From: a virus | Taxonomy: Duplodnaviria; Caudoviricetes | Direction: 5' to 3' (one strand) | Virus record (IMG/VR): IMGVR_UViG_3300044233_005192 | Location: 1 to 25,986 of that record | DNA length: 25,986 nt | Shown: positions 1 to 6,614 of the stretch, in pieces | How the letters are laid out: every line of letters starts with the position of its first letter | Position numbering within the stretch: position 1 is the first letter of the stretch | Translations under genes and position numbers: made by a program | Notes under the pieces: model-generated | Seen by the model: the letters and a program-made list of their open reading frames with translations, nothing else | The model's database searches: none | What the model was told of the DNA's origin: nothing

Positions 1-170
1 AAGTGTCTGCTATCTTTTGGCCCAGATAAAAGTTCGCCTTCTTCCCAATTTTTAAAAACGTATACGTCCAACTCATCGATTACTCTTTCAAAGTCCTTTA
101 AAGAGTCGAGGCTAGGACTTATTGCGTACAAATTCTGTGTATTTCGGATAATGTCTAAAACGTCATGCAT
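1..170 (-). CDS. Hypothetical phage protein, 5' part only (runs off the left edge)
   Basis: Hand translation from ATG at 170 gives MHDVLDIIRNTQNLYAISPSLDSLKDFERVIDELDVYVFKNWEEGELLSGPKDSRH..., open to the edge. TAAATA motif 7 nt upstream. Confidence 0.8.
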   Translation of the reverse strand, partial: MHDVLDIIRNTQNLYAISPSLDSLKDFERVIDELDVYVFKNWEEGELLSGPKDSRH

Positions 171-177
171 AGTGGAG

Positions 178-183
178 TATTTA
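178..183 (-). promoter_or_regulatory. Putative late promoter (TAAATA)
   Basis: Core of the T4 late promoter TATAAATA, 7 nt upstream of ATG 170. The same motif recurs before many genes in the window. Confidence 0.6.
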
Positions 184-306
184 GCCATAAAATCAAAGTT
201 GTAAAATATGCATACTTTATTTGGTATTTCCAAGTTAAGTATTTGTACATGAATCTATTACAAAAACGATTCGAAAAACAATCTAACACACTATACGAGG
301 TATCCT

Positions 307-525
307 ATGCTATTTTACAACAGCCTACAAATGCGACCTTTGTTTCAAAGGAAACTTTACAAATTGATGAGAAAAAAGAGGGTCTACGACAAACGGGTCA
401 AAATGTATATGCTTAATCAGAAATGGCTGAAAATACGGAAGCAGAAAGACAGGAGAAGGAGACGTATACTCGCAAAACTGTTTAAAATGAAACAGTGGGC
501 GATGCTTCAACGATTGTATGGTTAG
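307..525 (+). CDS. Small, very basic (Arg/Lys-rich) hypothetical protein
   Basis: 72 aa ORF with a GAGGT Shine-Dalgarno just upstream; contains KIRKQKDRRRRRILAK. Its stop overlaps the stop of the convergent gene at 522-525. Confidence 0.65.
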   Translation: MLFYNSLQMRPLFQRKLYKLMRKKRVYDKRVKMYMLNQKWLKIRKQKDRRRRRILAKLFKMKQWAMLQRLYG

Positions 526-791
526 GAGTTTGCGAAGGTAGTCATTACGTCATTATACCATTTACGGTAGTGTCGTTCTAGATTTTCGTACGGTATGTCG
601 ATGTTTTCGGTATTGGGTAATGTACACTTCACGACTTCTTGATTGACCATATCGAGTATCACAGTTGCTTTGGCAATCTTGCCAGTGCCTAATTTTTTCT
701 TGCTGAGTTCAACAAACTCATCAAATGCTCCTCCCGGTTTCATCTTGTAGTTTACGATAAAAAATCTTCTTTTTTGTTTTTTACTACCCAT
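522..791 (-). CDS. Hypothetical protein
   Basis: 89 aa ORF whose start overlaps the end of the clamp loader ORF. Confidence 0.75.
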   Translation of the reverse strand: MGSKKQKRRFFIVNYKMKPGGAFDEFVELSKKKLGTGKIAKATVILDMVNQEVVKCTLPNTENIDIPYENLERHYRKWYNDVMTTFANS

Positions 792-1691
792 TTGCTATTC
801 TTCCTAGTTTGATCATAGTGGAAGCAAGATTTATTTCAGCATCAGCCACAAACGAATGATCGACCAATCCCTGTTTGATTACAAGAACTGCTTTATCTTG
901 TCCTTCCTCATCTTTTGTAATTAAATCTAAATTGTCATATAACCATCTAAAAATATCTTCAACTTCCTCAGGTCTTGCTTGAGCACACACTAATTTTCTT
1001 GCCTCGGAGATTTTTCCTGCCTTGAATAGTTCCACCATTTGTAATCTGTAATCCGCTTGTCCTTTGTCCGATTTGTCTGGTGCGTGTAGTTTTCCTTCTC
1101 GTGAGTTCATCTGCACAAGATTTATACATTTACGCATGTCAGGGTAAGTGGCTTTAACGTAGGTGTCGATAAGTTCTATGTTTGGTTCTATGCTCTCACC
1201 GATCAGTATTTCGGCAATCCTAGCCGTGAATTCGTTTTTATCCAGTGTCTCAATGTGGAACCCTTGACATCTCGAATGTATTGCAGGTATGACTCTGTTG
1301 GGATAATTGCAAGTGAGTATAAATCTGGCAGTTGTATGATACGTTTCCAATGACCGTTTGGTGTTATATAATCTGCCTCATCCAGCAAAACATATTTGAA
1401 CGCACCAAATGGCATGATCTGTACGAAGTTTATAATTTTGTCTCTTACAGTATCAACACTGTTTTCTCTCGAGGCATTTATTTCTAGCACATCATATGGA
1501 TCAACTTTTAATTCTTCAAACAACACCTTGGCCAGTGTAGTTTTTCCTGTGCCAGGAGCACCGGAAAATAAAAGATGCGGGATCGCCCCCTCTTTCAGCC
1601 AACTGTTTATTTGTGCTCTCTGATTTTCATCTCTCACCACATACTGTTGTAATGATTTTGGTCTATATTTTTCTACCCAAAGTTCTTTCAT
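784..1691 (-). pseudogene. RFC small-subunit / T4 gp44-like clamp loader AAA+ ATPase, split by a frameshift at about 1350/1351 (real lesion or assembly error)
   Basis: The N-terminal ORF has LWVEKYRP, Walker A GAPGTGKTT, EINAS and Walker B LLDEAD. The C-terminal ORF, in another frame, has FILTCNY, SRC and PDMRKCIN. The conserved QxALR helix between them is missing. Confidence 0.85.
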
Positions 1692-1807
1692 AATACAAAT
1701 GTTAATACTAACAGGATTGCTCCTACTATTGCAAGGAAATAAACTGGTGCGTGTAGTAAAGGTACCAAACTAACCCATCTCACAAACTGTTTTATTTTCT
1801 TAACCAT
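1688..1807 (-). CDS. Small membrane protein (39 aa)
   Basis: MVKKIKQFVRWVSLVPLLHAPVYFLAIVGAILLVLTFVL. GAGG upstream; its TGA overlaps the clamp loader ATG (ATGA). Too short for the ORF track. Confidence 0.6.
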   Translation of the reverse strand: MVKKIKQFVRWVSLVPLLHAPVYFLAIVGAILLVLTFVL

Positions 1808-1956
1808 TTCCTCGCCGCTTCGATTGGATTTTTTAGTCCCTCGTATGTTGAATCGATAAACTTAATATGTTTATAAAGGATGTCAGAAAGTTTGTCAACA
1901 GACTTCTGCAACTTATCAACTTTATCGTTTAATTTTTTTAATTCTTCTTTTGTCAC
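1792..1956 (-). CDS. Small coiled-coil hypothetical protein (54 aa, GTG start)
   Basis: MTKEELKKLNDKVDKLQKSVDKLSDILYKHIKFIDSTYEGLKNPIEAARKWLRK; fills the gap between neighbouring genes. Confidence 0.65.
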   Translation of the reverse strand: MTKEELKKLNDKVDKLQKSVDKLSDILYKHIKFIDSTYEGLKNPIEAARKWLRK

Positions 1957-1973
1957 TTAACACTTCTTTACAA

Positions 1974-2357
1974 TCATTTATAGAATGCCCATTGTCCGAT
2001 TATGTCACTACACTTTAGTTTAAAACCGTATTCCCTATCAATATCACGTAATATCTTGTTCACTTTTGACATGGCAAGTCCTATGTCAGCAGGCACCAAT
2101 AATGCTTCTATTTCTTTTTCTTTCATTGCTTTTGCGGCCTGTACTCTGTGCCAGCCGTCTGTAAGCAAATAATATCCAGAGTCTTTTATGGGTGTGGCAA
2201 GTATTGGATCAAGCGGTTCGGTTTGCTTTTTTAATTTTGTTATCCATCCCTTCTTTTCTTTGTTCAAAGGTCTAGATGCTCCGAGTCCCATCTCGGCCAT
2301 TGTGACAAGTTTGTCTATGGGTATGAAAATTCTTTTGAGTTTTATTTTTTTAGTCAT
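1974..2357 (-). CDS. ParB/Sulfiredoxin-like N-terminal domain protein
   Basis: LDPILATP...YYLLTDGWHRVQAAK matches the ParB/Srx DGxHR motif. Confidence 0.7.
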   Translation of the reverse strand: MTKKIKLKRIFIPIDKLVTMAEMGLGASRPLNKEKKGWITKLKKQTEPLDPILATPIKDSGYYLLTDGWHRVQAAKAMKEKEIEALLVPADIGLAMSKVNKILRDIDREYGFKLKCSDIIGQWAFYK

Positions 2358-2793
2358 TTCCTGGTAGTGAGGTCATTTGTTGCATTCCACCAGTGTTTAC
2401 ATAGCCGGCCTGTCTATTGTTGAAGTCTGGTTCGTCGTCTGATATAAGCAGTATATCATTTTCATCGATCATCCTCACTTCCAATTCGACATTGTTCTTT
2501 TTGACTTTCAGTGCCCGGCTCCATCTGCCATGTGCTACAAGCACCCATTGTCCGACTTTTACATCGTCCTGCTCTTTGCCTATTGCATATACTTTTGCCC
2601 AACGTGGGTGTATGCCTGCTTCTGTGCCGTCATCGTCTAGTAGTATTATGCCACCTTTAGATTTGGTTGCTCCAAACTGCATGTCTGATACTAGCACACG
2701 CTTTTTGAGAGGTGTAATATCGTAATCAACGGTGTATTGTTTTCCACCATGTGATCCAAACCCTTTGCTTTGTAATTCTTCTATGGAACTCAT
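2350..2793 (-). CDS. groES: GroES/Cpn10-like co-chaperonin
   Basis: PLKKRVLV, mobile loop TKSKGGIIL, AKVYAIG, VKVGQWVLV and IDENDILLI. Confidence 0.85.
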   Translation of the reverse strand: MSSIEELQSKGFGSHGGKQYTVDYDITPLKKRVLVSDMQFGATKSKGGIILLDDDGTEAGIHPRWAKVYAIGKEQDDVKVGQWVLVAHGRWSRALKVKKNNVELEVRMIDENDILLISDDEPDFNNRQAGYVNTGGMQQMTSLPGND

Positions 2794-2799
2794 ACTAGT

Positions 2800-2828
2800 A
2801 TTATATTTTTGTTTTGTTATAAAGTCAA
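2800..2828 (-). promoter_or_regulatory. Sigma70-type promoter TTGACT-N17-TATAAT upstream of groES
   Basis: -35 at 2823-2828 and -10 at 2800-2805; ATG 6 nt downstream of the -10. Confidence 0.75.
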
Positions 2829-3506
2829 TTGATCTTTAATTGAATTTAACCATTTTTCATAATGATCGTTGTAAAAGTGACAGTGGTCTTCGTACAACCC
2901 ACCGCTTTGGTAACAAAAAGTATGAGGATCATTCTTGATCATTTTACTTGTATCTAGGTAGTTAGGCAATTCATTTACCATACCGTCAAAGTTTTTACAT
3001 TCATCTGTTGCTGGATTCAAAATATTGTAATAAAAATTCCAATTATATTTTATATTTTTACTTTCTAACAAGTTAATTGCACTAGCAACACTCTGTAGAC
3101 TTTGTTTAGCCACGTGTTCATATTCTGTGGCACTGAAATACAATGGCATGAAGATTTCATTTGTTTTATCGTTGCCCAGCCAACTTCCTATTTTTCCTCC
3201 AGAGCACAACCATTTTCTTTTATAGGTTTTAATTTGATTTTTATAGCCTATGTCAAACTTTTTATGTATAGGAATATCATACCTAGCCACACCTGTAAAT
3301 TGCAGATAGACATAATCCGGAGATGTCTTATCCTCAAGATAGTCAAAAAGGTTTCCTGCTATGAATTGGTTGCCAACACCCCAATATGAGAGGTTTCTTA
3401 TATGCACATCATTGCCAAAAACTATTTCCTTCCAAGCATCTTGCTTGTTCTTTGGAGGCATGTTGTCATTTACTAGATTACTACAACCTATGAATAGAAC
3501 CTTCAT
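2817..3506 (-). CDS. SGNH/GDSL-hydrolase-like protein
   Basis: N-terminal VLFIGCSN, block II-like NLSYWGVGN and C-terminal DHCH (DxxH). Confidence 0.55.
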   Translation of the reverse strand: MKVLFIGCSNLVNDNMPPKNKQDAWKEIVFGNDVHIRNLSYWGVGNQFIAGNLFDYLEDKTSPDYVYLQFTGVARYDIPIHKKFDIGYKNQIKTYKRKWLCSGGKIGSWLGNDKTNEIFMPLYFSATEYEHVAKQSLQSVASAINLLESKNIKYNWNFYYNILNPATDECKNFDGMVNELPNYLDTSKMIKNDPHTFCYQSGGLYEDHCHFYNDHYEKWLNSIKDQLTL

Positions 3507-4222
3507 GCAATTGCCTTTGCAAATATTGGTGATATTTTTTCAAACCAAGCACTGTGTCCTTTTGCATTTGGATGATTGTCGGCGATGGTATGCCCTGGGT
3601 TGCCAATTACCCAGACATCCATGCTTGACCCTGTGAAATCATAAAAATAATTTTTATCTATTTGCGAATGTATATGCCTTGTGTCTTTTAGTTTGACATC
3701 CTGTGTGTTGCCACATGCGTGATACATCACATATGGTATGTTCCTATTTTTTAAATACTCTTGTGCTTGTATTACACAAGATGCTTTACGATACTCGATG
3801 TGTTCTATGTATGCTAAAGGTCGGTTGGGACGTTCATTGAACTCTACCATTACATTGTTCCTTTTGCCACCTAATAGTTTCATTGCCTTCTTAAAAAAAA
3901 TACTTTTCTCGTATGGGATCTCTCGATAGTCTATCATCTCAGGACTGCTGTTTTTAAGATTCCATCCAACGTATTCTCTCCGTAGACTGTGTGTCCATCC
4001 TATTACTACCGCACAATCTTTTGAATCGTTTTTACTGAAAAAGTTTCTGATGTTTCTTACTATGCCTTCGTTGTTGTTGCCATTACGGGCCTGATCAACA
4101 TACTGCAAGTTGTGACTTTGTGCTAATTTGTAACCTATACTCTCGTATCCTTTGTCTAATGGCACACCGCCGTATCCATGTGCGAATGAACAACCAAAGT
4201 TTACTACTTTATTGATTGGCAT
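3503..4222 (-). CDS. SGNH/GDSL-hydrolase-like protein
   Basis: NFGCSFAHG, ARNGNNNEGI, VVIGWT and C-terminal DNHPNAKGH. Confidence 0.65.
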   Translation of the reverse strand: MPINKVVNFGCSFAHGYGGVPLDKGYESIGYKLAQSHNLQYVDQARNGNNNEGIVRNIRNFFSKNDSKDCAVVIGWTHSLRREYVGWNLKNSSPEMIDYREIPYEKSIFFKKAMKLLGGKRNNVMVEFNERPNRPLAYIEHIEYRKASCVIQAQEYLKNRNIPYVMYHACGNTQDVKLKDTRHIHSQIDKNYFYDFTGSSMDVWVIGNPGHTIADNHPNAKGHSAWFEKISPIFAKAIA

Positions 4223-4229
4223 GATTGCC

Positions 4230-4616
4230 TTAATCTAGATCTTTTAGAGCCTCTTCAATTCCACTTTCTTGCTGTGGTTTTGGTTTTGGTGTTGCTTGTG
4301 TTTGAACTGGTTTAGGAGCCTGAGGTGTAAGATCCAAAGTTTTTGTTTGCACCACCGGTGGTTGATCCGGTTGAGGCTGAGGAGCCATTTTCTTTTTTGG
4401 AGTGTCCATCGCTCTGCCTTTTGGAGCCTCGTAGTATTCTCTCATGTGCTGTTGTTTTGTTTTTACTATTTTACCACCAGGACCTAAAGAATCGCCTCTG
4501 GCATTGACTCCCATATTACCAACCGCTGGTGTAGTTTCGTTGGCCGCTCTTAATTTTTCAATGTCGACCATACGACCTTGCATTGTTCTGTATACTCTTT
4601 TTACTGGTCTAGCCAT
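4230..4616 (-). CDS. Hypothetical protein with Pro/Gln-rich C-terminal region
   Basis: 128 aa ORF with an AAGGAG Shine-Dalgarno and a TAAGTA motif at 4635-4640. Confidence 0.8.
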   Translation of the reverse strand: MARPVKRVYRTMQGRMVDIEKLRAANETTPAVGNMGVNARGDSLGPGGKIVKTKQQHMREYYEAPKGRAMDTPKKKMAPQPQPDQPPVVQTKTLDLTPQAPKPVQTQATPKPKPQQESGIEEALKDLD

Positions 4617-4640
4617 TTGTAACTCCTTCTTGTTTACTTA

Positions 4641-5165
4641 TCACCTTAAAAATTCACGATAATCTAATTGAAATAACAGTGGGTTTATTTTGTGTACACC
4701 TATCAAAAATAAACAAAAACTAGAAACGCTTGACCCTCTGCCAACGCCCCATACAACATTGTTTTGTCTTAGAGTGTCCACGAAGTAAACCAAGAATCTT
4801 AAAACGTCTAAAAAGTTTTTTTCCTCAAATAGTTTATATTCTTCGATTACTCTTTGTTGTTCTTGATCACTGTTGCACTTTTCCAATAGGTATTGTTTGA
4901 TATCAAGTGTTTTATAATGATCAGGCATGTGCCAATCACCGCAATTCTTTTTATCAAATTCTAATATTCCGCCTTTTCTTTTTGGCGCTGACTCTAAAAT
5001 TTTAAATGGTAGTCTTGTATCCTCTACTGCTTTATTAAATTGATCAATATCTTCTATGAAGACTGATGCTATGTCGAAGTCAGGATTTTGATATATGAGA
5101 TCGATAATTGAATCGTGACTGTATTCACAGTCTCCCCATTTATTTCTTTTTGTTTTTACCGCCAT
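4641..5165 (-). CDS. Stand-alone DNA polymerase III alpha (DnaE)-like fragment
   Basis: RVIEEYKLF...FLVYFVDTLRQNNVVWGVGRGSSVSSFCLFLIGVHKINPLLFQLDYREFLR matches the DnaE GPGRGS...LGIT.VDP...LLFERFL region. Confidence 0.85.
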   Translation of the reverse strand: MAVKTKRNKWGDCEYSHDSIIDLIYQNPDFDIASVFIEDIDQFNKAVEDTRLPFKILESAPKRKGGILEFDKKNCGDWHMPDHYKTLDIKQYLLEKCNSDQEQQRVIEEYKLFEEKNFLDVLRFLVYFVDTLRQNNVVWGVGRGSSVSSFCLFLIGVHKINPLLFQLDYREFLR

Positions 5166-5775
5166 CTAAAACCTTTGGATTAAATTCAAAAACTTTAGCA
5201 TGTTTTTCTTTTTTTTCAAAGACATTTTGTGGTTGCGGTTGCCAAGTAAAATGTCCTGTGTATATTCCTTTTTCCAATTCTCTGTCATACGTTGCTGTAT
5301 CCGATCTTAACCACCATGGATCAAATGTATTATACTTTGTACTGAACCAATTGTCAACTTCCAGCAGGCTTAATTCAATACCATCTGGTTCCACAGTGTA
5401 GGCTATTCCATCACCTTGGTAACTACCAAGTTCTAGTGCGTCAACTTGTATTTTACCTTCCATTATTGCGTTCGCTTTGGAAAATGCAACAGCGGCCATA
5501 ACTTGATCAAATGGAGGTTTTGGTAATTCTACAAATCTATTTTTGGAATTTATTTTTAACAGTTCGTGTAGTTCGTTGCCTCTTTGGCAGATTATTGTGT
5601 TGTTGAATACGACTCCAAATAATGACTTTAATCTTTCGAAGTATTGATTTTGTTCTTTGAGGTCGGCGGTGATAGGCGTTATGCTTACAACGACATCATA
5701 TTCGTTGCTGTACAATTCTTGGTCTACTATAATAATCGATTTGAACTCGGTTTGCCAAGTGTATGATTGCTTCAT
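5140..5775 (-). CDS. Hypothetical protein
   Basis: 211 aa ORF; TAACTA motif 6 nt upstream (5782-5787). Confidence 0.8.
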   Translation of the reverse strand: MKQSYTWQTEFKSIIIVDQELYSNEYDVVVSITPITADLKEQNQYFERLKSLFGVVFNNTIICQRGNELHELLKINSKNRFVELPKPPFDQVMAAVAFSKANAIMEGKIQVDALELGSYQGDGIAYTVEPDGIELSLLEVDNWFSTKYNTFDPWWLRSDTATYDRELEKGIYTGHFTWQPQPQNVFEKKEKHAKVFEFNPKVLDGGKNKKK

Positions 5776-5787
5776 CCAAAATAGTTA

Positions 5788-6042
5788 TTATTCTATATTG
5801 ACCAATTCGCCTAGATCTGGTTCACCTTTGGAATTTTTAAAATTGTCTTGCAAATTTTTTAATCTTCGATGGCGTAGTTCTGTACGATAACTTTCAAGAG
5901 CATTATTAATCTGTGCAACCAAGTCGGGGTTCCTACTGAAACGAACAGCGGAAGTTTTCTTTTTTGTTAATTCTCGAATTCTTTTTGATATATCTTCGTC
6001 TGATAAGTTGCCGAGTTCTTCTTGTAATGGATGAAAGTACAT
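5788..6042 (-). CDS. Hypothetical helical protein
   Basis: 84 aa ORF with a strong GGAGGA Shine-Dalgarno. Confidence 0.8.
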   Translation of the reverse strand: MYFHPLQEELGNLSDEDISKRIRELTKKKTSAVRFSRNPDLVAQINNALESYRTELRHRRLKNLQDNFKNSKGEPDLGELVNIE

Positions 6043-6056
6043 CCTGTCCTCCTACC

Positions 6057-6614
6057 TTACGAGTAGAGTTTGCCTAATTGATGCATCAATATTGTTGTGC
6101 CACCATCAGGTGTCATGAACTCGTATAAAAATCTGCCAGTGCCTGGTGCAGTCACAACGTTTCCACTAGTGCCTGATACATTATCTGCATGTAACACTGC
6201 CGCTGGTGTTGTTAAAGTGTGTGAAGTTGAGGCGTATGTGACGTCTAAAATAATTCTTCCTAAAGTCGACGACGCAGGAAAGTTTGTAAATGCAAGTGTG
6301 ATCGATCCGCTTGTTGTAAGTGTTTGGTAATGACCATTCTCATGATTAATAGTGATAGCACCACTTACTGTCGTATGTGGATACACAGTTTGAGCAGTAT
6401 CTTTAAGCACCGCCCTAGATACCACATTGTCATTGAAACTAGTAGCACCATTTGTCACTGCCGTGTTGTCTTGCAAACTGGTAATTTCATTCTTTGCAGT
6501 TGTAAAATTATTTTTAATTGATGTAAAATTATCTCTGAAGCCTTGCGAACTGTTATCTTGTCCGGCTGTTGGAAATGTGCCGTCTATATCACCTGGTACT
6601 ATGCTACTTGCCAT
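6057..6614 (-). CDS. Putative virion structural (baseplate/tail-associated) protein
   Basis: Thr/Ser/Gly-rich; GQDNSSQGFRDNF followed by a short coiled coil; TAATG-coupled to the upstream baseplate gene. Confidence 0.6.
   Translation of the reverse strand: MASSIVPGDIDGTFPTAGQDNSSQGFRDNFTSIKNNFTTAKNEITSLQDNTAVTNGATSFNDNVVSRAVLKDTAQTVYPHTTVSGAITINHENGHYQTLTTSGSITLAFTNFPASSTLGRIILDVTYASTSHTLTTPAAVLHADNVSGTSGNVVTAPGTGRFLYEFMTPDGGTTILMHQLGKLYS

Noticed and set aside
1330-1370. Programmed ribosomal frameshift in the clamp loader (dnaX-like)
   Set aside because: No slippery heptamer or homopolymer at the junction, and conserved residues are physically missing, so a shift would not give a normal protein.
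1705-1734. Possible promoter TTGCAA-N18-TAGTAT upstream of the clamp loader
   Set aside because: Weak match that lies inside a plausible small ORF; not enough support to list.
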